Positions 24,971 through 37,810 of a stretch of 64,000 bases of DNA are shown one piece after another. A program made the translations under genes and the position numbers. A model generated the notes under the pieces. The model made no database searches. It saw only the letters and a list, made by a program, of their open reading frames with translations, and was not told the DNA's origin. Position 1 is the first letter of the stretch. Every line of letters starts with the position of its first letter. This stretch comes from Squalus acanthias (Eukaryota), in NCBI GenBank assembly GCA_030390025.1, contig CM059431.1, positions 133,302,001 through 133,366,000 of the forward strand. The letters run 5' to 3'.

Positions 24971-27240
24971 TAATAGTGATCATAGTATCATAAGGTTCAG
25001 ATTAGCTATGGAAAAGGACAGAGAGCAATCTAGAGTAAAAATACTTATTTGGAGGAAGGCCAGTTTCAGTGGGTTGAGAATGGATCTGGCCCGGGTAAAT
25101 TGGAATCAAAGATTGGTAGGCAAAACTGTAATCGAACAATGGGCTGCCTTTATATAGGAGATGGTTCAGGTACAGTCGAGGTACATTCCCACAAGGGGGA
25201 AAGTTAGGGCAACCAAAGCCAGAGCTCCCTGAATGACGAAAGAGATAGAAAGTAAGATGAAGCAGAAAAAGGGGGCGTATGACAGATGTCAGGTTGAGAA
25301 TACAAGTGAGAACCAGGCTGAATATAAAAAGTTCAGAGGGGAAGTGAAAAAGGAAATAAGAGGGGCAAAGAGATAGTATGAGAATAGATTGGCAGCTAAC
25401 ATAAAAGGGAATCCAAAAGTCTTCTATAGGCATATAAATAGTAAACGGGTAGTTCGAGGAGGGGTGGGGCCGATTAGGGACCAAAAAGGAGACCTACACA
25501 TGGAGTCAGAGGGCATGACTGAGGTACTAAATGAGTACTTTGCATCTGTCTTCACCAAGGAAGAAGATGCTGCCAAAGTCATAGTGAAAGAGGAGGTAGT
25601 TGAGATATTGGATGGGATAAAAATTGGTAAAGAGGAGGTACTAGAAAGGCTGGTTGTACTTAAAGTAGAAAAGTCACCAGGACCGGATGGGATGCATCCT
25701 AGGATACTGAGGGAGGTAAAGGTGGAAATTGTGGAGGTACTGGCCATAATCTTCCAATCCTCCTTAGATTCGGGGTGGGGGGGGGGTGCGCGCAGAAGAC
25801 TGGAGAATTTCAAATGTTACACCCTTGTTCAATAAAAGGTGCAAGGATAAACCCAGCAACCACAGGCCAGTCAGTTTAACCTCGGTAGTGGAGAAGCTTT
25901 GGATACGATAATCCGGGAGAAAATTAACAGTCACTTGGACAAGTGTGGATTAATTAAGGAAAGCCAGCATGGATCGTTCAAAGGCAAATCGTGTTTAACT
26001 AACTTGATTTGAGTTTTTTGATGATGTCCAACATAGAGGGTTGATGAGGGCAATGCGGTTGATGTGGTGTATATGGACTTGCAAAAGGCATTTGATAAAG
26101 TGCCACATAATAGGCTTGCCAGCAAAGTTGAAGCCCATGGAATAAAAGGGACAGTAGCAGCATGGATACAAAATTAGCTAAGTGACAGGAAACAGAAAGT
26201 AGTGGTAAACGGTTGATTTTCAGACTGGAGGAAGGTATACAGTGGTGTTCCCCAGGGGTTGGTACTAGGACCACTGCTTTTCTTGATATATATTAATGAC
26301 TTGGACTTGGGTGTACAGGGCACAATTTCAAAAATTGCAGATGACACAAAACTTAGAAAAGTGAGGAGGATAGTGATAGACTTCAAGAGGAGATAGACAA
26401 GAGGTGGAATGGAAGGACACATGGCAGATGAAATTTAACGCAGAAAAGTGCGAAGTGATACATTTTGGTAGGAAGAACGAGGAGGGGCAATATAAACTGA
26501 AGGGTACAATTGTACAGGGGGTGCACGAACAGAGAGACCTGGGGGGTATATGTGCACAAATTGTTGAAGGTGGCAGGACAGGTTGAGAAAGCAATTAAAA
26601 AAGCATAAGGGATCCCGGGCTTCATAAATAGAGACACAGAGTACAAAAGCAAGGAAGTTATGATGAAACTTTATAAAACACTGGTCAGACCTCAATTGGA
26701 GTATTGTGTCCAATTCTGGGCACCATACTTTAGGAAGGATGTGAAGGCCTTAGAGAGGGTGCAGAAAAGTTTTACAAGAATGGTTTCAGGAATGAGGGAC
26801 TTCAGTTACGTGGATAGACTGGAGAAGCTGGGGCTGTTCTCCTTAGAGCAGAGAAGGTTGAAAGGAGATTTAATAGAGGGTGTTCAAAATCATGAAGGGT
26901 CTAGACAGAGTAGATAGAGAGAAACTGCACCCATTGGCGGAAGGGTCGAGAACCAGAGGACACAGATTTAAGGTAATTGGCAGAAGAACCAAAGGCGACA
27001 TGAGGGAAAACTTTTTAACGCAGCGAGTGATTAGGATACGGAATGCACAGCCTGAGAGGGAGGTGGAGACAGACTCGATGCTGGCTTTCAAAAGGGAATT
27101 GGATAAGTACCTGAAGGAAAAAAATTTGCAAGGCTATGGGGAAAGGGCGGGGGAGTGGGACTAGCTGAAGTGCTCTTGCAGAGAGCTGGCATGGGCTCGA
27201 CGGGCCGAATGGCCTCCTTCTGTGCTGTAACCATTCTATG
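24970..27240 (+). mobile_element. CR1 LINE, end of endonuclease to 3' tail, multiple stops and frameshifts
   Basis: ORFs 25389-25835, 26660-26917 and 26880-27164. Ends in the CR1 tail ATTCTATG. Confidence 0.9.
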
Positions 27241-28592
27241 CCCTTGGGGAGAAAGTGGGAACACTGGAATAACCTGGCATAATGAAATGCTTTCAAAAGG
27301 CCAGTATACAAGTTTGGCTCGCAAATCTGACTTGATAATCAAAGGGCTCCACTGCGGTTCAGGCATAGTGATTTGGGGGTCCTATGACTTTGTAAAATAA
27401 AACATTTTACACAGTGAGTAATATGGAGTTATACAACTGAAAAAAATATTTTACCACATTCATTATCATACATATCATGAGTTATGTTATAAACTATAAC
27501 TTGACGAGAACCTGTATATTTCTAAAATGGATACCCCAAAAATTTGATTTTCTCAATTTGAATTAATCTGTTGGAGCAGTGATTGCTTTCTGCTATCTAT
27601 TTGCTGCATCATCTTGTCTCATTTCTACTGAGGGTTACACTACCTGCAGTATAAGGATACCAGCGCAGCACCTATTGTGTTCTAGTGTTCCGACTATGGG
27701 CTGTGTTCAGATGGGTGAAATCCTCCTGGGAGAGTAAACCAGGTCAGTTCATCATGAATTATGATGCTGAAGAGCTGACTTGCAATCAACTAACAGACAC
27801 AAAATATAATAGCAATAAATAGTATTTCATCTGCACTGTTTTACAATTTTCTTTAACATTTTGTCAGATCTGTAGTTTTTAGCAAGTTGACTGCCTAATG
27901 TCTTGTCATGAATAGAGATTGTGTTGGGAAATTACCACCAGCATTACTGGAGGTTTGGAAATATTTACCTAAGCATTCTTGTACACTGAGTAATTGCTTA
28001 ACAAAAGCTATTGAAATTATAGCCTGTAGTAAAGGAACAGTTCATGTCCTGGATAAAGAAACTTACTGCTTTATCAAGTATTAAGGTTTGTCTTGCTTTC
28101 AAATAAACCTCACCTTTACATTAACATTAGACTGCTTATTTAATCAAGCACCCTCCTTTTTCCCCTTCTGAAGCTACCACACCATACTTCTTACAATCAG
28201 TAAACTTTTGGTCCTTTGTGGTCATACACTCATGATTTGGCTCGTCTTCATAGTCCTTCATGACAGCTGATTGTTGCGCTATTGCGGCCACATTTCATAA
28301 CACTACCTGGATGTGCTTCAAATTACTGGAAGGCAAATGAACAACAAGCTACAAAGTATGCAGATACTGTGGGACATAGCATGATAGCAAGAGGTCTGAG
28401 GCCACTCCTATACAGCAATTATTCTTGGCATTAAATTTTCACTGTTGCTTTGGTGTATCATAAAATTACAACCACACCCTCCTCTGATGTGCAGACACTT
28501 TTATTAAACCAACGTTTAACTTTGTTAGAAGAGTTATTGCTTGGAAAGTAATTGTTTTGTGATCACAGTACTTCAGCAGCAAAGACTGCTCA

Positions 28593-28748
<156 letters not shown>

Positions 28749-30171
28749 CTATAGTAAAAATTTAGAATAATTTTTACAGTTACAATACTCTTTCTAAATC
28801 ATTCATATGACTCACCTACTTATGATTTCAATATAGCTCTCATAGGAAATCATTATCCAGAAGTTTAAAAAAGCACCACCTTTTGGCAAGTGACTTAACA
28901 ACATCCAAAACAAATAGGACAATCTAGGAATAACATTCCCAGCTGAGAATTTTCAATTGTTGCTGATATGCTGAAGATGGCAACTGGCTTATACCCAGTC
29001 ACATGTTGGTATCGCTTGTAAATATCTCCTTAATGAGGTCAAACAAACTTCGAATGCACAATGGTTAATCAGAATGCTGTATTTTCAAATATTGACTGAA
29101 TTCGTAATTCAAAATTCAGCAACAAAAACATTTTGGGATAATTTGAAAATAAGTTTACATTCAGCTCAATGATAAAGATAGAAAACCTTTGCAGGTTTTC
29201 CTCATTCTTTGAATACAACTGTAAGAGTATAGCCTAGGCTGATAGAACATGATTACCCCACAACCTAAGCACACACATGAAAATGTCTTTATAACACAGG
29301 TAGGCAGTGCTGCATGTGTCCTCTTCCAATATCCTATAAGGACCCAACACCGTCACTTCAACCATTTGTTTGACCTGAAGCTAAACTGTATCGAAGCACT
29401 TAATATTAACCTTCACATCTTCAAAACTGCAGGGTTAGATGGGTGGGATAATGGTATAGAGAATGCATAGCATTCAAAGAATGAAAATACTGCTGCAAGA
29501 TAATTTTTCTTTCTTTTACATTCAGCATCCTTCACATGCTAGGAGCATATCAAAGTTGGAGGGGAGAGGTCCCCATGTAAAAATTGTAACACCCGCTGTC
29601 AGAATTGTTCTGACAAAGGTGTGTGCTGCAGTTAAATCTAGCAATAATATTTAGTAGATGTGTGAGGATTACTCAATGCGGCAACCATGAATATGCTTTT
29701 GACTGGAAATGAATTGACAGAGGCCTGGGAAGCAGCTGTAGAACAGATGGAATGACTCTCAACTTGCCCCCTGAGCTTGTCCCCTCAAAGATGGGAGCAA
29801 TGTACAATGCACTTAAACCTCAATTTGGTTGTCCGGTGCCTGGTCACAGTTTTGCCCTGGGTCTTTGGTCCATAAGAAACTAATAACTTTTGTGATTTGT
29901 TAGATAGAATAATGTAGGGCTCTGCTAGCAACTACATAAAGGAAATGCACTAGGGTATGATATTTGAAAACTCTGAGCTGTGTCAGAAAAAGGTAGTGGA
30001 TGAGCGGAGTATTGCCTTAACCTGCTAGTTGAATGAAGGAGCTCTGCAATGGGATTTCACTTTTCATGTCCATTAGTGTCATACATGTATATGATAGAAT
30101 TTCACCTTGCGTTTGAGAGCGACATACTTAAGTCCGAAACTAGAGTCTTAAACTTAAACAAAACCAATTAC

Positions 30172-30985
30172 ATAAGAACATAAGAAACAGGAGCAGGAGT
30201 AGGTCATTCGGCCCCTCGAGCCTGCTCCGCCATTCAATAAGATCGTGGCTGATCCAATCTTGGCCTCAACACCACTTTCCTGCTCTCTTCCCATACCCCT
30301 TGACTCCCTTGTAGTTCAAATGTCTGTCAATCTCCGCCTTGAATATATTCAATGACTCCGCCTCCACAGCTCTCTGGGGTAGAGAATTCCAAAGATTCAC
30401 GACCCTCTGAGAGAAGAGATTCCTCCTCATCTCCGTTTTAAATGGGCAACCCCTTATTCTGAAACTATGCCCCCTAGTTCTAGATACCCCCACTAGGGGA
30501 AACATCCTCTCAGCATCCACCCTGTCAATCCCCCTCAGAATTCCTGGATGAGTGGGTTGTCCTATGAGGAAAGATTGAGTAGATTGGGCCTATACTCTCT
30601 GGAGTTTAGAATAATTAGAGGTGATCTCATTGAAACATATAAGATTCTGAGGGTACAGGGTATAGAGCTGAGAGGTTGTTTCCCCTGGCTGGAGAGTCTA
30701 GAACTAGGGGGAATAGTCTCAGGATAAGGGGTAGGCCATTTAAGACTGAGATGAGGAGGAATTTCTTCGCTCAGAGGGTTGTGAATCTTTGGAATTCTCT
30801 GCCCCAAAGGACTGTGAACGCTGAATCATTGAGTATGTTCAAGGCTGAGATAGATAGTGTTTTGGACTCTAGAGGAATCAAGGATATGGGGATCGGGCAG
30901 GAAAGTGGAGTTGATGATCTTATTGAATGGTGGAGCAGGCTTGAAGGGCCGTATGGCCTTCTCCTGCTCCTAATTCTTATGTATA
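30172..30985. mobile_element. Two CR1 3' ends joined back to back (30172-30542 minus, 30543-30985 plus)
   Basis: ORFs 30266-30520 (-) and 30676-30900 (+) encode the same ORF2 C-terminus, with tails facing outward. Confidence 0.88.
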
Positions 30986-31439
30986 TTTTGTTGGCTTTTC
31001 TTAAAGGATTTTCCCATTTAAAATCCGGTGAGCCAGCTGTGCGGGAGTTCAGAGCGTCGCGAGGCCGCGCAGCTTAGAGGGAACATTGGTCAACAAAATA
31101 ATACACTGAAAGTCATGGACCACTGTCTCCTGTTGCACTGCGACAGACTACATTTAATCTTTGAATGGGGTAGCAGCAGAACCTGGGACATTCCTGGTTT
31201 GTATGGCTCAGCTACACACAGGTTAAACTCGCTGCACTAACTGGAAGATCCCCAGTTTCATTTTACGGGACTCAAGAGGAATAAAGAATCATAACTGCAC
31301 GCCACTTCTGACGAAGGATCGCACCTGAAATGTGAACCTAGCTTGCTCTTTCATATGTTGACTGACCTTTTACACAATTCTAGCATTTGTGATTTTTCTT
31401 TTGATCCCTAACCCATAGCACTACTTTGATTTACTTCAT

Positions 31440-32015
31440 CTTTCTATTAGGCACTTTACAGCCTTCAGGCCTTAACAATGAGTTTAACAACTTTAGATCT
31501 TAATCACTGCTCCCATTTTCTCAGACAGCAGGCGCTAGCAATGGAGGATGGTTGCACCAGAGCCACTGGGAGTGGAGGTGGTGCGGGCTGGTGCTTGGCG
31601 TGGGGATCCCCTATCGATACACAACCGGTGGGTTGGCCCGCCTTTCTCTGCTACATTCTTGAGCCTCGAGAACCTTCTCCTCCTTGCCAGATTCTCTGCT
31701 ATTCTACTGTAACCATTTACACCTCTAGACCCATCTTTTGTTTCTTTACTTGTGCCATTACCACCTCCTTTTGCCTTCCACCATCATCCCTTCTGTCATT
31801 TAATCTCTCCCGCCTTCCACCCTATCACAGACCTTCCCTTTGTTCTCCCCCCCCACCCACCCCCTCACTTTTCCCTGGCTCTGTACTTGCTTAAAAACAT
31901 CTCCCAGTTCTGATGCAAGGTCAACATGAAACGTTTCACTCTCCACTGATGAGTGTTTTCCAGCATTTTGTGTTTTTATTTCAGTTTTCCAGCATCTGCA
32001 ATATTTTGCTTTTAT
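31440..32015 (+). mobile_element. Penelope-like 3' fragment (ORF end + pLTR with decayed hammerhead)
   Basis: LGTLQPSGLNNEFNNFRS* at about 31447-31503, a pyrimidine-rich UTR, then gttCTGATGC...GAAAcgtt at 31907-31935 and the same tail as 7700-7750. Confidence 0.7.
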
Positions 32016-32990
32016 TTTAAATTACTACTGTATCTGCAGCTGAACCTGACCTAGCTAGGTTAATGATCTAATCACTCAATTACTTAAAAACAACAAATAT
32101 CCAATCACACTAAGATGCCAAAAACTGAACAACTTAACAATGAAACATCATTTATAATATATAAACAAAAATATATATATACGCACCTCCTTTAAGAAAA
32201 TAAATAGAAAAAACATTACCTTATCTACTAGATGTGCCAAGTTGCTTTTTGGCATGCATGGATTTAATTTTTTGCAGGTATGATGACATGAATGATTTAA
32301 TTCAGTAAGTGTCTGAGATTTTTTATCTGGACCATCATCACACAGGCCCAATTTTAGTAATATTTTTGTACTTCTGCCCATTAGTAGAGTTTTTCTAACC
32401 ATGACACAAATATTCTTGAGCTGCAGCCATAATTAGTAGCCATAAATATTTTTTGCTCATATACGACAACTGATAATTTATAGATTTTGTTTACTGGCTC
32501 AAATTTTCACTTTTAAAAGATTAACAAAACAACAAAGGGTTCTTCTCCTTCCCCTCAAGTTGAATTCAGCACACCAAATAATCTCATTATTGGCCACTAA
32601 AACCAGGGTCTGGCTTTCACGGTCAGACGAGCTATGTAGGCAAGCTACTGGTCACTATTTGGAAAGAAAATAAATGTATCTCTAAACATATACACTAATA
32701 GATCTCTCGTGGCATAGTTTATAGGTTGTTTGGGCCCTCAAGCACTTACTGATCTTTGCCATGGCCCTTATCAATAAAATCTTGTTCCCATTCTGAAATG
32801 GCACCCCACTCTGGTCTTGACTTAAATGGTCCCGGGAGTCTTAATCAATGAGGAAGTATATACATGTAACTAATGACAAAGGAGAATAGACAGATATTCA
32901 AAAAAGCAAACGGACAGACACTCATGACACAGTCATAGCCTGGAGCTACACTCTACCTGCTGCCATGTTCAAGTGGTGAGAAATAGGCAT

Positions 32991-33275
32991 CTGGGGCTGG
33001 ATTTTCTCAATGAAGACGCTTTGGGGGCGGGACTGCTGGTTTTCGGGTTTAATTCCCGCCCCCAGCGATGTCTGACCAACCCACGCTATTTTCCCTTGAT
33101 TGACCTTGTTAATCCCCTTCCCGCCTCGAGGAGACGGGTCCCTGCGCGAGTCGGGGACCCGCCTCCCGGGAAGATGGCACGGAGGCGGGTTGGGAGCGGG
33201 GTCGGTACCCGCTCCCAGTTTCTGCCATTTTCCCGGCAGTCCCGCCTCCCCAGGGCTGGGAAAATTCCTCCCCAG
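32991..33275. mobile_element. MITE, about 285 bp
   Basis: Inverted ends CTGGGGCTGGATTTTC / GAAAATTCCTCCCCAG. Interior related to family A (cgggtccc...gtcggga). Confidence 0.75.
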
Positions 33276-33939
33276 TGGGTTTCTCATTGCTTGGCTGTAG
33301 TGTATTTCAGAATCAGATTGGGACCTTACTTCACAGTTGTACTTTCATGTCAGTGAACACATGACAATTTGCATCAACGTGAAAGTGGCAATGAAACATC
33401 AGCCTTCTATTTGTCTTCCCAGTCTACTATTCTTACTCTCCTTAATAGTTCCCCTCCCCCCAACACTTTGTTCCCTACTTCCTAATTTTTGGCTCTTATT
33501 CTCTGTATTTCCCGACTCTCTTCTCTCCTTTCATTATTTTTCCTCCCAATAACTCTTAAGTTTTTGACTTTGTTCCCTTATTTCATCTTTCTGATTTCTA
33601 TCAGCTGTTTTGATCCTCTACCTTTATGTTGTTCTTTCTCTCGGTCTGTGGCCAGACTGTCTTCTCATCTCCTGCACCTTGGAACATTTCACTGGAAGTG
33701 CTGATCGTGTCATTGAGCTCCAGGAAAATCATACATACATAGAGAACGGAAAAGCACATACACAATGCCTCCAAAAACACTGCAAAGTTTTTAAGTCAAC
33801 AATTGGGAATGGAGCAAAACAAATGCGAGGCTGATAAAAGAGGGGAGGCCCATGACGGGGGTACGGGGACCAGTGAAAGCTCCTTCATAAATAGGGCAGC
33901 AGGGGACAGGATAAAATTGGTACAGATCAGGGAATCAAT

Positions 33940-34641
33940 GGGCTAAAAATTGAGTAGCCCTCCCCTACTTTTAGCGCCCCGGAAAAATGAGTGCCCCCGT
34001 GCCGGAAATGGAGTGGTTGTGCCCCAAGAGGGAAGCAGGGCGCTACTGGAAGCACCCCGTATCCCTCTTGGGGAGCTGCGAGTGGCGCTGCGGCACCTCG
34101 CGCCGCGGTATTGCAGGCCTTCCTCCCCTTCTTAAAGGGGAGGGGCCTTGTGCAGTGCGACCCGGAGCCTAGCTGGGCCCCCGGAGATCGGGAGTGTCGG
34201 CAAAAGAGCCCGGCACTCAAGAGAAGTGCTGGGCTCTTGGAGTGCAGCCGGCACTCCGCGGGGGGCAGGGCCGTTCAGGAGGCCGGGGACGGGAGCGCAG
34301 GCAGGTGCTGGCAGGCGGCCAGCAACAAAAATGGCCGCCCCGCACCTCGTCTTTAAATTGCGCCTCCCCGGCCGCAGGTAGGCCCCCCTGACCCCGTTGG
34401 ACATAGCGTCCGGCGGTAAGTCAGGGGGCGCACCCGAAGATCGCGGCCGGGGCGCAGCACACGGCGATGACGTCATCGCCGGCGGTGCAGCGGGCGCTAC
34501 TGGTAAGCTCCGCCGCTAATCTCCCGCTGAATTTCGCGGGAGGCATGGGCGGCACCGCGCCCGGGCGCTAGTTGCTTTGCGCCCCGTTAGTGCCCTCTTT
34601 GGGCGCTAACGGGAGGCGCAAAGCAACCCAATTTTCCCCCC
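33940..34641. mobile_element. GC-rich MITE family B, 702 bp
   Basis: TIRs GGGCTAAAAATTG / CAATTTTCCCCCC with TSD AAT on both sides. Confidence 0.82.
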
Positions 34642-35789
34642 AATATTTCCATGCCAGAAATCTCCAAAACTAGAAATTAGGAGAGAGGAAAATAGAGAGC
34701 TATCATGGTGCCCATATATATCCTTGTGCATGTGAGGCTTTAAAAAGTGTGCAAGTGGAGTAAAGCAAGTTATCAACATCCTTTATTAAATGTACTCTTT
34801 ACAATCACTTCAGAACATTGTTAACACTTGTTTAAAGAAGCTGTAGTACTCTTCCCAAATCTTACAATCAATACCTTTCTATTTACCCCAGTAATCCTGC
34901 AGTTAAAGCACACAATAGTCAAAATAATAAGAACTTCAAGGAGTTGTATGTGCTCAGTATCAGGTGCTGAAAAGGCTTTGTACACTAATACCAGCTAATC
35001 AGAGCATGTATTCATCAAATTCTATTAAACATAATCAAACATCAATTTAAAAGCAATTACTCATCATCTCATAAAAGCTGCAAATTGAAGTGCCCTGTAC
35101 ACAATTGACAATATTTGGTGGATAAACACTTTGCTTTATCTAATTTAAATAATGATTCATTACTTTGCCTTTATTTCTACAATGGTTTCCTAACTACACT
35201 GAATGTATATATATGCTTTTGTTGTGCAATGAAAACATCTGCAGTCTACAACAATTAATAATTGTTTCATGGGAACCACTCTCAATTAGATTAAATGTGC
35301 AAAAGAAACATTGAGGTGTTATGACACTGACGTCTGGTTTACAGGTGTTCACCTGCACTTTGGTCTCTGTTAGCTAAAAATTGATAACACAATGATATAC
35401 ATAATGACTCTATCACACCTGTTTAAATCTGATTACTATTTATTTAGTTGGGAAATTATCCCAGTTATGCCCTTAGCAGCTAACCATGTGTGTTTGTGAA
35501 ATTAGATTTTCATTTCTGTTACTATATGCCAAAAGCAGCAGAATAATGCACATGATAATTTGAAGGCTGCCTTCAGGGGTCTTCTGGATGAATTTATTGT
35601 TCACCTATTCCAAAATAACATTTATTGCCCCAAAGAAAGCATTGCAGCAAAGTCCATTGTTGTGTATTTATCAGATTATTAAGGCATACAGCCACAACAA
35701 ATATTTCTGTAGACCTCATATTTTGCATATTCTCTTAGCTTCAGTAAATAATGCTGTTAATAAATCGGTTATGGTAAGCCACGAGGAGC

Positions 35790-36290
35790 ATTAGGAACAG
35801 GAGTAGGCCATTCACCCCTTCAAGCCATTCAATTAGATCATGGCTGATCTGCACCTCAACTCCTTCATAAGCTTACCTAACAAAAATCTATCGATCACAG
35901 TCTTGCAAGTTTTAATTGATCCAGCATCCACGGCCTTTTGGGGGAGTGAGTACCAGATTGCCACTACCTATTGTGTGAAAAAGTGCTTCCTGATTTTACT
36001 CCTAAATAGCCTAGCCCTAATTTTAAGATTATGCCCTTTCTTGTTCTAGATTCCCCCACCAGAGGAAATAGTTTCTCTCTAGCTACCCTATCGAATCCCA
36101 TAATCATTTCAAATACCTCAGTTAGATCACCCCTCAACCTTAAGGGAATAAAAGCCACGTTTATGCAACATTTCCTCATCAGTTAATCTTTTCAACCCTG
36201 GCATCATTCTGGTGAATCTTCGCTGTACCCCTTTGAAGGCAAATATATCTTTCCTGAGGTTCGGTGCCCAAAACGGAACACAGTACTATA
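35790..36290 (-). mobile_element. Degenerate CR1 3' fragment
   Basis: ORF 35964-36179 (RLRGDLTEVF...LFPLVGESRT). Confidence 0.8.
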
Positions 36291-36291
36291 G

Positions 36292-37810
36292 ATGGAGGCC
36301 AGAATTGGAGGAACGCAGAGTTCTCGGAGGGTTGGATGGCTGGAGGAGGTGGTTACCGAGATAGGGAGGGGCGAGGCCATGGAGAGATTTGAACACATGA
36401 TGAGAATTTTAAAATTGAGGCGTTGTTGGATCGGGAGCCAGTGTAGGTCAGCGAGCACAGGTGTGATGGGTGAACAGGACTCGGTGCAAGTTAGGATACA
36501 GAGAGCAGAGTTTTGGATGACGTGAAGTTTATGGAGGATGGAAAATGGGAGGCCAGCCAGGAAAGCATTGGATTAGATGAGTCGGGAAGTAACAAAGGCA
36601 TGGATGAAGGTTTCAGCAGCAGATGGGTTGAGGCAGGGGCGGAGACAGGCAATATTACAGAGGTGGCAGCAGGCAGTCTTGGTGATGCAGAGGATATGGG
36701 GTTGAAAACTCAGCTCAGGGTCAAATAGGTTGCAAACATTCTGGTTCAGCCTCAGACAGTTGCCAGGGAGGGGGATAGAATCGATGGCTGGGGAACGGAG
36801 TTGTTAGCGTGGGCCAAAGACAACGGGGGGAATTTTAACCTACAAAAACGAGTGGGTTTGGGTCGAGTGGGATGTTAAAATGTTAAAAATCTGAATCCCG
36901 ACCCCAACCCACCCACGTTTTAACGGAGGTGGGCAACCAACCCACTCCCAGGAAGCGATTTGGCAATTTAACTATTATAATGAGGCTGTGTGCCTCACAT
37001 TTAACCATTTTAAATTTAACCCTGGCTGGCCGAGTTTTCTGGGCCTCGGGAAACCCGGCGGCTAAAGGGAGGCGAAGACTGCTGGATCCAGGAGGCAGGT
37101 GCCTTTCCACTTACCCGCTGGATCCAGTTTACCTGTTTCAATAAACCCCGTGATCGGACGCTCCCCGACCCTTCCAATCTCCCCTCGACTCTTCTGATCC
37201 CGATTTTGCCTCTGGCCTCCAATCTCCCCCCCCCTGCTCCGGCCTGTGATCTGCCTTCTAGCCTCCAACATTCACCCTGCTCTGGCCTCCGATCTCCCCA
37301 CACCCCCCTTTTCGATCCCTCTCTCCCTCCTCTCCGCTTTCCGGCTGCTGCCTGGTGTCGAAGGCCTACCCACCCGACAGCCAGCCAGACTCTCAATCTG
37401 GCTGGCTGCGGCCGGGAAACGGAGATAAAAAATGCTAATCAGGTCCAGCCGTTAAATTTGGCAGGACTTGCGGGAAACCCATTATTCCGGATTTCCCAAC
37501 CTCAAAGCAGCTCCACCACCACCCCTCCCCAGCCCCCTGCCCTTCCAGCTCCCAAGTTAATATCCAGCCCAATGGCTTCAGTCTTTCAAAAATTTAATTG
37601 GAGGAAATTTCTACTCATCCAATATTGGATGTCAGACAAACAGTGAGACAAATCAGGGACAGTGGATGGGTCAAGAGAGGTGGTGGTGAGGAAGAGCTGG
37701 GTGTCGTCAGCATAAATGTGGAATCTGAGGTGTTTTTGGCTGATGTCGCTGAGGGGCAGCATGTAGATGAAATATAGGAGGGGGCCAAGGATAGATCCTT
37801 GGAGGACTAT
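36292..37810 (-). mobile_element. L2 LINE RT/3' fragment interrupted by a MITE
   Basis: QGSILGPLLYFIYMLPL...HIYADDTQLF (37586-37810) and LHWLPIQQRLNFKIL (36400-36458) are L2-type motifs. Confidence 0.85.
36825..37570. mobile_element. MITE, 746 bp, in L2
   Basis: TIRs GGGGGGAATTTTAAC / GTTAATATCCAGCCC, flanks AAC / AAT. Confidence 0.8.
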
